A DNA stretch of 25,945 nt from a virus (Duplodnaviria > Caudoviricetes), in the IMG/VR virus record IMGVR_UViG_3300020045_014203, positions 1 to 25,945 of that record; one strand, 5' to 3'. The notes below the pieces were generated by a model. That model had not been told where the DNA came from, did no database searches, and was given only the letters and a program-made list of their open reading frames with translations. Shown piece after piece: positions 1 to 7,736 of the stretch (position 1 is its first letter; every line of letters starts with the position of its first letter). Both the position numbers and the translations under genes were made by a program.

Positions 1-441
1 CAGAAAAGGGTTTATTTATTGGGGAATTATACCGTTGACGGAGGAGACCCAACGGTATATCTAGCGGCCCTGGCTCAGGCAAAAAAGGATTGGCAACTAG
101 ATACCGTGCTTGTGGAAAAAAATAATGGCGGTCTTACGCTTGCCCACACAATTCGCAATTCTGGACAAGGTTGGCGCAAAATTCTTGATATCTATTCAAC
201 CAAGACAAAACGCCTGCGGGCTGAGCCGGTGATTCCGTTGTATACCGCTGGAATGGTTTTGCATTGGGCAGGTGCTAAGGACTTGCGGAAAGTTGAAAAA
301 CAATTAACAACTACCCCTCTTGGCGAACCTCACGTACCGGATGATATTATAGATGCAATCGTTCTGGGGGTTCACCACCTGTTGCCTGGTTTGGTGAATT
401 TGAGACTACGCGTAAGGCAAAACGAAATTATTGCCGCTTAA
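1..441 (+). CDS. terL: Terminase large subunit, C-terminal nuclease domain (5'-truncated by window)
   Basis: Frame is open from base 1 (QKRVYLLGNY...). Motifs VLVEKNNGG, KRLRAEP and PDDIIDA are typical of TerL RNase H-like domains. Lies directly upstream of the portal. Confidence 0.85.
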   Translation, partial: QKRVYLLGNYTVDGGDPTVYLAALAQAKKDWQLDTVLVEKNNGGLTLAHTIRNSGQGWRKILDIYSTKTKRLRAEPVIPLYTAGMVLHWAGAKDLRKVEKQLTTTPLGEPHVPDDIIDAIVLGVHHLLPGLVNLRLRVRQNEIIAA

Positions 442-485
442 CACAAGGTAAGTAAAAATGCAAAACAGTAAATAGGAGGTGAAAA

Positions 486-1889
486 ATGTTATTGAATCAA
501 GATGGAACGCCATGGTTGTGCCGGTCTAATGAAGAGCGGATGGAAAATTATTCGCGTTACAGGAAGTTGTATAAGGCGAAGAAGAGTCCCGATTGGTACC
601 TGGGCAGCCGATGGAAACGCGAGCGGCGCAAGATTCAAATCATCGTTAACTTCCCTGGTTTAATTACGCGCGCCTGTGCCGATTTACTGTTTGGAGAACC
701 GCCAACCTTTTCGGCAAACGATGGGGCAAACGATGATTTGCAGAAGATTATTCGCAGGAATCTTTTTCAGGCAGAATGTTTCCAAAGTGAACTTGCAAAT
801 TCGTACAGGGGGGATGCTGTTTTTCGCGGAAGGTTGAATGCAAAAAAAGATGACATCGTAATCGAGACCATTCCGGCGCATAATTACTACATCGAACCCA
901 ATGCGCATGACTGCAGAATCGCGAACGCGGAAATCATTGCTTGGGTGAATAAGGCTAGTGACGGGGTTACAGACGTTGTTTTTATTCAGAGGCATACGTC
1001 AGGGTTGATCCAGGAGTTTGCCAGGCTTGCGGTTAAAATCGATGAAGGGAATGGGGTTAACTATAAGGTTGGTGATGAAGTGTCGCTTGATTTCGCATAC
1101 GGCATTGGGGCGGCGCCTGATAGGGAAACCGAAACAGGGTTGGATGACACGCTCTTGGAACACGTACCTAATTTTGAGGACGACGAACAGTATTGGGGCG
1201 TTGGGGACTACTACGATCTGTGCGACCTGTTTGAAGCCGCTAACAATCGAATTTCCTGCATTGATAGTTACCAGGACACACACTCGCGACCTAAGTTGGT
1301 AGGGACAAACGACCTGACCGACATCGAGGGGAACTTTGACTTTAACACTGACTTCATTGCCGTAAATAACCCTGAGCAAAACAATACTCCTAGATACCTG
1401 GTCTGGGATGGGAAAATGGAAAGCGCCTTCCATGAATTAGAGTATTTGGAGAAAAAGATTTTCCAGGTAAGCGAAATGAGTCAGGCGATCTTCGGCATTG
1501 ATATCGCGACTTCTGTTGACTCCTCGATGGCAATGCGGCAATTTTTTACCAGGACCAAAGCGAAAATTAACCGCAAGAGGATGATTTACGATCAGCGGCT
1601 TAAGAATTTTCTGCAGAGAACTATGGAATTCGGTAAGTTTATGGGGTTGGGAATTAAGGCGCCTACCGAAATAGGAATCGCTTGGCAGGATGGAATTCCG
1701 AGGGACTACGTTGAGCAAGTGCAGGCGGAAGCGGCAAGAAAGCAGGCGGGGCTCACTTCTGATTACGAAGCGGTTATGCGCATTGATATGTGTTCTGAAG
1801 ACGAGGCGAAGGCAAAGGTCGCTGCAATGCACGCGGAAAAAGCACAATACCCAGGGATGCCGGTACGGGCGCCACAACAGCAAATGTAA
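486..1889 (+). CDS. Portal protein, SPP1 gp6-like
   Basis: 467 aa with an AGGAGGT RBS. Motifs IIVNFPGLI...ADLLFGEPP, HVPN...WGVGDY, PRYLVWD and I.WQDGIP. Position after terL. Confidence 0.9.
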   Translation: MLLNQDGTPWLCRSNEERMENYSRYRKLYKAKKSPDWYLGSRWKRERRKIQIIVNFPGLITRACADLLFGEPPTFSANDGANDDLQKIIRRNLFQAECFQSELANSYRGDAVFRGRLNAKKDDIVIETIPAHNYYIEPNAHDCRIANAEIIAWVNKASDGVTDVVFIQRHTSGLIQEFARLAVKIDEGNGVNYKVGDEVSLDFAYGIGAAPDRETETGLDDTLLEHVPNFEDDEQYWGVGDYYDLCDLFEAANNRISCIDSYQDTHSRPKLVGTNDLTDIEGNFDFNTDFIAVNNPEQNNTPRYLVWDGKMESAFHELEYLEKKIFQVSEMSQAIFGIDIATSVDSSMAMRQFFTRTKAKINRKRMIYDQRLKNFLQRTMEFGKFMGLGIKAPTEIGIAWQDGIPRDYVEQVQAEAARKQAGLTSDYEAVMRIDMCSEDEAKAKVAAMHAEKAQYPGMPVRAPQQQM

Positions 1890-1905
1890 AAATAGTCTGT
1901 GAAAT

Positions 1906-1952
1906 AAAAAAAAGACCCGTAGGCCTTCGAAACGCTTACGGGTCTTTTTTTT
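1906..1952. terminator. Bidirectional intrinsic terminator
   Basis: A8-GACCCGTAGGC...GCTTACGGGTC-T8 between the converging portal and 71-aa ORF. Confidence 0.85.
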
Positions 1953-2166
1953 AGAAATTCTCAGAATCTAGCCCTAGTTTTTTGATTGCAGAACTAATCG
2001 CAGAGAATTTTTGCTGGATGTTTCTGTGTCCGAGTTTGCCGTTTTTTACCAGGAAGTAACCGCAATCCCTGCTGCCGTATTTTATATAAATTCTGCCTTC
2101 CCATTCTTCAGCGGTAAAAGGATATTCGATTCCAGTTAAATCAATCATTTTTATTCTCGCTTTCAT
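1951..2166 (-). CDS. Small basic hypothetical protein (71 aa), moron-like
   Basis: Has its own promoter and a GAGTAGG RBS-like motif, and its stop abuts the terminator. Confidence 0.7.
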   Translation of the reverse strand: MKARIKMIDLTGIEYPFTAEEWEGRIYIKYGSRDCGYFLVKNGKLGHRNIQQKFSAISSAIKKLGLDSENF

Positions 2167-2186
2167 TTGTTACTGCCTACTCGTTT

Positions 2187-2215
2187 AATATATCACAACA
2201 ACAGAAAAATTGCTA
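2187..2215 (-). promoter_or_regulatory. Sigma70-like promoter for 1951..2166
   Basis: Minus strand TAGCAA-17 nt-TATATT with an extended TG. Confidence 0.55.
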
Positions 2216-2270
2216 TAGGTTTCCAAAAATAAACTCAGGTTTTTAATTTAAGTTTGCCTACTTTTTCTTT

Positions 2271-2300
2271 TTGCCTACTTCACGCCCCCTATTCTATCCT
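2271..2300 (+). promoter_or_regulatory. Putative promoter for the scaffold/capsid unit
   Basis: TTGCCT-18 nt-TATCCT with an AT-rich upstream tract. A promoter is needed here because a terminator isolates this unit from the portal. Confidence 0.4.
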
Positions 2301-2392
2301 AACCCCGCCGAGAGAATTTCGCGCCTAGTGCCACAATTCTCGCGAGAAATCCGCCCTGTATATACAGGAGAAATCACAGGAGAAGCCCGACA

Positions 2393-2935
2393 ATGCCAGA
2401 GGAAAACCCCACCGAACAAACCGATGTTGCACCTGAAACTGCGCAAGAAACTGCGCCTGAAGCCGGTAAGCCTACCCCCAAAACCGTTGAAGATTCTTAT
2501 TTCAAGCGAGAAGCAGAACGCCTGAAGAAGGAGCTTGAAAAAGTCAACCGGTCAAAAATGACTGCAGACGAAGCACGGGAGGCCGACCGAAAAGCCGCAG
2601 AGGAACGCGCTAATGCCGCTGAGGCGAAGTTGAGCGAATTAGAATTCAAGGATTCTTTTCGCGCACAAGCTGAAAAAGCGGGCGTAAAAAACGTCAGGAT
2701 TGCAATGCTTCTTGCTCGCGAAGAGGGCGTAAAAATGATTGAAGGCACCCTGATCGGTGCCGAAGCATTTTTCGCCAAATTACGCAAAGAGGAACCCGGT
2801 TTATTCGGTGGGTCAACTTCTGGCGGAGGCAGGCTTCCCTTGCACAATGCACCCGCAAAACCGCAGGGCGCATTGCAAATGGGTATGGCGGAAATCAATG
2901 CCAATATCCGTCGCTCTACCGGTTACCACGAATAA
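2393..2935 (+). CDS. Capsid scaffolding protein
   Basis: Acidic/Pro-rich N-terminus, E/K/A/R coiled coil, and a PGLFGG motif near the C-terminus. AGGAG RBS. Immediately upstream of the capsid gene. Confidence 0.85.
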   Translation: MPEENPTEQTDVAPETAQETAPEAGKPTPKTVEDSYFKREAERLKKELEKVNRSKMTADEAREADRKAAEERANAAEAKLSELEFKDSFRAQAEKAGVKNVRIAMLLAREEGVKMIEGTLIGAEAFFAKLRKEEPGLFGGSTSGGGRLPLHNAPAKPQGALQMGMAEINANIRRSTGYHE

Positions 2936-2957
2936 AAAATAAACAGGAGGATTTCTG

Positions 2958-3923
2958 ATGCCTACATACGATTCCGTTGTTTCCCGCGCTAATGCGCAAG
3001 CCACTATTCCCGAACAGGTCACTGCCTCTATTTTTGCGGCAATGCCTGGGCGTAGTGTTGTGCTAGATTCGGCCCTGCGTTTGCCCAACGCTACTCGCGG
3101 CCAGTTGCGCGTACCTATTTGGCAGACCTTGCCGACCGCGTACTTCGTTAATGGCGATACCGGACTTAAACAAACTTCTGGTTTTAGCTGGACGAATGTT
3201 TATGCCAATATCGAGGAATTGGCGGTCATTATTCCAATTCCAGAAGCGGTTTTGGAGGATTCTGCTTACGATATTTTCGGTGAAGCGCAACCGCAAATTG
3301 TTGAAGCCTTTGGCGCCGCTTTGGATGCTGCGGTAATTCACGGCACCAATAAACCTACCGCTTGGGATTTTTCGGCAATTGTCGATGGCGCTACTGCAGC
3401 CGGTCACACTGTTGATTTGTCTTCGGTGGAAGGCGCGGCTGGTGACCTGTACGATGCGGTTCTAGGACCGAACGGCGTTATGTCGTTTGTTGAAAACGAT
3501 GGTTTAATGGTCAACGGTCACGTTGCCGCGTTGTCTATGCAGAGTCGTTTCCGTGGTTTGCGAGGGACGGACGGACATCCGATTTTCGTGCCTGACCAGA
3601 CTATGGACGGACAGGCGGCAGGTCGTCTGGCCGGCGCGCCTCTGTATTACCCAATTAACGGAGGTCTTGACCCTGCTTCGGCCCTATTGATTTCGGGTGA
3701 CTGGAAGAAATTAGCCGTAACCATGCGCCAGGAATTGCGTTACAAAATTCTGACTGAAGCAACGATTATGAACGGGAGCGGTACTCCTATTTATAATCTT
3801 GCTCAACAGGATATGGTTGCCTTGCGAATCACTATGCGCCTGGGCGTTGCAATTGCAAACCCGCCTAACCGCGTCAATTCCAATAGCGCAACCCGTTACC
3901 CCTGGGCTGTTCTCGTACCGTAA
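2958..3923 (+). CDS. Major capsid protein (HK97 fold)
   Basis: 321 aa with an AGGAGG RBS. Motifs TIPEQV, EELAVIIPIPEAVLEDS, GDWKK and QQDMVALRITMRLG. Confidence 0.92.
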   Translation: MPTYDSVVSRANAQATIPEQVTASIFAAMPGRSVVLDSALRLPNATRGQLRVPIWQTLPTAYFVNGDTGLKQTSGFSWTNVYANIEELAVIIPIPEAVLEDSAYDIFGEAQPQIVEAFGAALDAAVIHGTNKPTAWDFSAIVDGATAAGHTVDLSSVEGAAGDLYDAVLGPNGVMSFVENDGLMVNGHVAALSMQSRFRGLRGTDGHPIFVPDQTMDGQAAGRLAGAPLYYPINGGLDPASALLISGDWKKLAVTMRQELRYKILTEATIMNGSGTPIYNLAQQDMVALRITMRLGVAIANPPNRVNSNSATRYPWAVLVP

Positions 3924-3936
3924 TAAGTAAAAAGGT

Positions 3937-3981
3937 TGGGGCGCCAGAGGTTTAGGGTTTTTCCTCTGGCGCCCCATTTTT
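3937..3981 (+). terminator. Intrinsic terminator after capsid gene
   Basis: 14-bp perfect stem TGGGGCGCCAGAGG/CCTCTGGCGCCCCA followed by T5. Confidence 0.75.
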
Positions 3982-4047
3982 ACGCCCCGAATTCCCAAAT
4001 TAAAAATTGCCGCCCTGCGATTTGCCGTATGTACAAATAAGGCCCCT

Positions 4048-4077
4048 GGGGTGGGGTAGGTAGGGGAGGGAGGGGGG
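4048..4077 (+). other. G-quadruplex-forming G-run tract
   Basis: GGGGTGGGGTAGGTAGGGGAGGGAGGGGGG: five runs of at least 3 G with 1-6 nt loops. Confidence 0.6.
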
Positions 4078-4115
4078 CGTTGACAACGGAGACGACACCG
4101 AAGCAAGTAAGGGCC

Positions 4116-4139
4116 GAGCGAAGCGAGTGAGCGAAGCGA
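4116..4139 (+). repeat. Direct repeat GAGCGAAGCGA x2 (GCGAAGC mini-hairpins)
   Basis: Copies at 4116-4126 and 4129-4139, flanked by AAGGGC/GCCTTT. Confidence 0.75.
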
Positions 4140-4241
4140 ATTTAGCCTTTACGCGTAGGTATAGTCGAAGTGGCAAGCCACCGAAGCCCCGTGTATTAAC
4201 TAATTACCCAAATCTATAAACAAAAAAAGGAGTGACGAATT

Positions 4242-4808
4242 ATGTCGCTAGATACCACAATTTCAGGCCTGACTTCAGACTCTTACGTCACTCTTGCTGA
4301 ATCAAATACCTATTTCGCTACAGACTCGCACCCCCTTTCCGCAACCTGGCTCGCGCTAACAGATCCTCAAAAAGAGTCGTATCTAAAACTGGCCTGCCGC
4401 GATTTGAATGTACCTAATTACTACGGATGTAAACAGAACTACGCGCAGGCATTACGATTCCCGCGAGTGTACAAATTAATTTTTCTTGCCGGGTCGATTC
4501 CGCAGGCCATTAAAAACGCGCAACTAGAACAGGCGCTTTTTCTTGTGCAAGATTACGCACGTCAGTCTTCTCCATCCTCGCTGCAATCGGCGGTACAAGC
4601 AGGCCTTTCGGCGCGTTCCCTTGGCGATTTGAGTGAGACCTACGGCAACGCGGTAGTCAGGCAACCTGGATACCTGCCCGGGCCCCTGGAGGCAATTGGG
4701 CCCCGTGCCAGGCAGTACCTAGTAGGCCTGGTTTGCAATACTTCCTCAGAGAAAATTTACAACTATTCAGAATTGTCTAACCTGCTTGGCGAGGAGGACG
4801 TTGACTAA
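4242..4808 (+). CDS. Head-tail adaptor (DnaT-like phage family)
   Basis: Pattern DSYVTLAE...YF...W..L....KE..L..A...QALRFPR...IPQAIKNAQ. AAGGAG RBS. Position after capsid. Confidence 0.75.
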   Translation: MSLDTTISGLTSDSYVTLAESNTYFATDSHPLSATWLALTDPQKESYLKLACRDLNVPNYYGCKQNYAQALRFPRVYKLIFLAGSIPQAIKNAQLEQALFLVQDYARQSSPSSLQSAVQAGLSARSLGDLSETYGNAVVRQPGYLPGPLEAIGPRARQYLVGLVCNTSSEKIYNYSELSNLLGEEDVD

Positions 4809-5110
4809 TGTCGGTCACCGATTTTTTCACCAAAACGATATCTTTAAAACGCAGGTCTACAGTTAACGACTATGGCGAATTCTCCTATTCCTCTCCAGTT
4901 AGTATTCAGTGTCGTATGCAAGAAGAACTGTCTATTGGAGACCCTCAAGCAGTGAGAGCAACTATCTATATTGGCCCGTCTGTAGCAATATCGCTTGAAG
5001 ATAAAGTGACGATTCTCTCTGAGGACTTTCGCGTTGTGTCGATTCGCGAGTATTTCGACTTTGACGGCAATATTGAATATAAAAAAGTATCCATCACAGG
5101 TAAACTCTAA
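4808..5110 (+). CDS. Head closure/stopper protein
   Basis: 100 aa beta-rich, N-terminal NDYGE motif, TAATG-coupled to the upstream gene, synteny. Confidence 0.65.
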   Translation: MSVTDFFTKTISLKRRSTVNDYGEFSYSSPVSIQCRMQEELSIGDPQAVRATIYIGPSVAISLEDKVTILSEDFRVVSIREYFDFDGNIEYKKVSITGKL

Positions 5111-5440
5111 GTGTCGCTTCGTGATATACAAGACAACCTGCAAAAAGCCGTGTTTCTAATATCCTCGCGCGCTAACGATTCGCTTCTGAAACAAGCTTTG
5201 GAAATAGAGTCAGAGTCAAATTCACTCGTACCTAAGCAGACAGGTTTTCTTGAATCGACTTCATACACGGCCGCTGAGAAAAATTCAGTTAAAATCGGGT
5301 ATACCGCTGAATACGCTGCAGAAATTCACGAAGACCTAGAGCGAAAACACCCGAATGGCCAGGCGAAGTTCCTGGAAACGCCATTAATGAACAAAGCGCA
5401 AACATTCCTGGAAGATATTAAAAATGAGGTGAACCTGTAA
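5111..5440 (+). CDS. Neck/tail-completion protein (HK97 gp10-like)
   Basis: Motifs VPKQTGFLES, IGYTAEYAAEIHE and GQAKFLE. Confidence 0.8.
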   Translation: MSLRDIQDNLQKAVFLISSRANDSLLKQALEIESESNSLVPKQTGFLESTSYTAAEKNSVKIGYTAEYAAEIHEDLERKHPNGQAKFLETPLMNKAQTFLEDIKNEVNL

Positions 5441-5833
5441 ATGTCTATCGCAAAAACCTTGCCAGACTCTTGGTTGGACGACCTTGCTTATTTGATATCA
5501 ACGCACCTGAGCGAGACCGTCTATAAAGGCGCGTTCCCGTCTAATGATCGCGAAGGAATTTGTATATACCCAACGGGCGGGCGCCTCATAAATTCTGAAT
5601 TCGGCAGGCGCAAAAACATTCAAGTAGTTTGCAGAAACGAATCGTTTCAAACCGCAAATCTAAATGCGCACAGGGTTTTTTCTTACCTAAATGCTGCCGG
5701 GAATCATTCGCATGGTTCGTTTTGCCTGATGTATGGTAGGGGCACTCAAGAACCTTCTTCGATTGGCAAAAACGAGGTAGGCCTGGTTAGAATAGTTTGC
5801 AACTACGAGCTTTTCTGCAGGGAATTAGCGTAA
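5441..5833 (+). CDS. Tail terminator protein
   Basis: 130 aa just before the tail tube. IQVVCR and a C-terminal IG.NE.G..RIVCNY pattern. Confidence 0.65.
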   Translation: MSIAKTLPDSWLDDLAYLISTHLSETVYKGAFPSNDREGICIYPTGGRLINSEFGRRKNIQVVCRNESFQTANLNAHRVFSYLNAAGNHSHGSFCLMYGRGTQEPSSIGKNEVGLVRIVCNYELFCRELA

Positions 5834-5893
5834 TACTATTCTGTAAAAAATTCTTACAAAACCCAACCAAACAAAAAGGGCAGGTGACAAAAG

Positions 5894-6787
5894 ATGGCAC
5901 AAGACGGCAAAGTGATTGCCTTTAATATTGACGATGGTAAGCTGAGAGAAGTGCTTACCGATCCTTCTGGCGGTAGCAATACGTTTGGTCCCTGGGTTGA
6001 CGTATTTGGCGTTAATGGTTTTCAACTTCAGCCGGAATACCTAAAGAAAGAATTGAATGGTGATGGAACCGTTCTTGACATTTTCTCTAAACTGAAAAAG
6101 TTGACCGGCTCCTTTAATTGCCAAATGGTTTTTGCCATGATGGTAATTCTGATGGGGGGCGAAGCCACTTTTTCCGGCACCTCTCCTAATGAGCAGGGCG
6201 TTTTCGAATTGTCTGGGACTGACCTTCCGAAAAACTTCGAGTTCGATTTTCAGTCGCTTTATCGCGGCGGTTCTGACGCGTCTGGCGGAGACTTCCATAT
6301 CAATGTTTACAAAGCGAAAATGACCTCGTTTTCGTATTCTATGGCTTCGGAAGAATATGCGACGCTGACCATTAATTGGGAAGCCGTACCGCGTTTAACT
6401 GATGGCAAGTTTGGTCGCTTCGTGGAAAATGAAACTCGAATTGACCTTTCCGAAGGCGCGAGCGATACGACTCCTCCGACCGTTTCTAGCACCTCTCCGG
6501 CTGACGCAGCCACGGGCGTTGCAGTCACCGCGAATGTCACTTGGACTTTCTCTGAGGATATTCAATTTGATGCAGGTCATTACAACCTGTATGAAATTAC
6601 GTCTACTACCAACACTCCCGCCGTGGCCGCTGCAGTGACCTACGATTCAACTACGTTTGTTGTCACCCTAAACCCAACCGCCTCCCTGACCGGTACCAAA
6701 CAACACGTAGCAATTGCTGCAGGCGTGCGTGATAAAGCCGGAAATCAATTGGCAACCCCAAGCATCATTAACTTTACGACCGTCTAA
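5894..6787 (+). CDS. Major tail (tube) protein with C-terminal Ig-like (Big_5-type) domain
   Basis: N-terminal ~190 aa beta-rich tube domain (ELNGDG motif), then DTTPPTVSSTSPADAATGVAV...TFSE...GVRDKAGN...FTT. Confidence 0.8.
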   Translation: MAQDGKVIAFNIDDGKLREVLTDPSGGSNTFGPWVDVFGVNGFQLQPEYLKKELNGDGTVLDIFSKLKKLTGSFNCQMVFAMMVILMGGEATFSGTSPNEQGVFELSGTDLPKNFEFDFQSLYRGGSDASGGDFHINVYKAKMTSFSYSMASEEYATLTINWEAVPRLTDGKFGRFVENETRIDLSEGASDTTPPTVSSTSPADAATGVAVTANVTWTFSEDIQFDAGHYNLYEITSTTNTPAVAAAVTYDSTTFVVTLNPTASLTGTKQHVAIAAGVRDKAGNQLATPSIINFTTV

Positions 6788-6801
6788 CACGTAGGCAAAC
6801 G

Positions 6802-6850
6802 AGGAACAAAAAAAGACCCTCTGAAAAACAGAGGGTCTTTTTTTGTTCCT
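6802..6850. terminator. Bidirectional intrinsic terminator
   Basis: 22-bp perfect inverted repeat AGGAACAAAAAAAGACCCTCTG / CAGAGGGTCTTTTTTTGTTCCT. Confidence 0.88.
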
Positions 6851-6854
6851 TCCT

Positions 6855-7022
6855 TTAAGACTTTTTTACCGCAATACGATCTCCCTTGGCTAGTCTCCTT
6901 CTGTATTTCTGCGAAGCATTCTGAGCCTCTTTAAATGTTCCTTGGATTTCCTCCAGGACTTTTCTGGATTCCATCATTCCGTATTTTCCGAATTTTTCTA
7001 TCAGCTGAATTTCGTATCTCAT
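6855..7022 (-). CDS. Small basic hypothetical protein (55 aa), not in ORF track; probably leaderless
   Basis: Hand translation MRYEIQLIEKFGKYGMMESRKVLEEIQGTFKEAQNASQKYRRRLAKGDRIAVKKS*. Fills the gap between the terminator and a promoter. Confidence 0.65.
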   Translation of the reverse strand: MRYEIQLIEKFGKYGMMESRKVLEEIQGTFKEAQNASQKYRRRLAKGDRIAVKKS

Positions 7023-7028
7023 GCACTC

Positions 7029-7057
7029 AATCTACCATATGCTAACGACAATTGCAA
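7029..7057 (-). promoter_or_regulatory. Sigma70-like promoter for 6855..7022
   Basis: Minus strand TTGCAA-17 nt-TAGATT with an extended TG. The ATG is 6 nt downstream of the -10. Confidence 0.6.
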
Positions 7058-7118
7058 TACTTTTTACGAAATTTTTAAAGTTTTTTTATTTTTATTTTCA
7101 AAACTCTTTTAATTACTT

Positions 7119-7148
7119 TTGCTCACTAACCATTCTGCTTGCTATATT
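7119..7148 (+). promoter_or_regulatory. Promoter for the tail chaperone/tape measure operon
   Basis: TTGCTC-18 nt-TATATT with an extended TG. The ATG at 7156 is 7 nt downstream, with no SD. Confidence 0.55.
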
Positions 7149-7155
7149 GCCAACT

Positions 7156-7521
7156 ATGAAACCCAATATAAAACCCCCAGAAGCCACCTTCATGCTGCAG
7201 AATGGCGATATGTTTTTACTACGTGTGGACCATGCTGCGATATATGAATTGCACAACCATACTGCCTGCGAAGACCCTCTTGACCATATGTTTGCCTCAT
7301 TAAAATCATTCGGGACACAGGAGCTTTGGGACTACGCCTGGGCACTAACTTACAAACATCGCTCAAAAAACTACCCGGTACTAACCTTTGTTCAGTTCTT
7401 GGAGTTACTGCCAGTTCGCGATCAATGGATTGAATTACGCTCGCTAATTATGTCACTATTGATTCAATCTTTGCCTTCGGTCAAAAAAAAATCGGATGCG
7501 GAACAAGTCACCCAGGAATAA
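7156..7521 (+). CDS. Tail assembly chaperone (gpG-like); start revised from 7021 to 7156
   Basis: Lies between tube and tape measure and ends just after an A9 slippery run. The 7021-7155 extension is AT-rich promoter DNA. Confidence 0.7.
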   Translation: MKPNIKPPEATFMLQNGDMFLLRVDHAAIYELHNHTACEDPLDHMFASLKSFGTQELWDYAWALTYKHRSKNYPVLTFVQFLELLPVRDQWIELRSLIMSLLIQSLPSVKKKSDAEQVTQE

Positions 7522-7736
7522 ATAAATTCTGTTGGGGAGAGCGATACTACGCTGCAACAGTAGTACTAAAAAAGAGCGTGAAAGAATTTTGGAAAATGTC
7601 GCTTGAAGAATATTCCGTCTTAGTGCATGAGCATAACAAGGCTCACTACACTGGACCGGAGGTTCTCGAAGGCAAGGCGGCCGTAAACGCGTTGAGAGGA
7701 ATTTTTGGCAATGGACTTAGGGGAACTAAAAGCTAG
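7483..7736 (+). CDS. -1 frameshift extension (gpT part of gpGT chaperone)
   Basis: A9 at 7483-7491. The -1 frame reads IGCGTSHPG...WGERYYAATVVLKKSVKEFWKMSLEEYSVL...TKS* and contains the EFWxM(S/T)xxE motif typical of gpT. Confidence 0.8.

Noticed and set aside
3711-4106. 131-aa minus-strand ORF
   Set aside because: Overlaps the capsid gene antisense and runs through the terminator and G tract; no RBS.
4080-4110. Promoter at perfect TTGACA (4080-4085)
   Set aside because: No plausible -10 hexamer at 16-18 nt spacing.
7021-7155. N-terminal extension of the 166-aa ORF
   Set aside because: F/Y/L-rich translation of AT-rich divergent promoter DNA; ATG 7156 is a better start.
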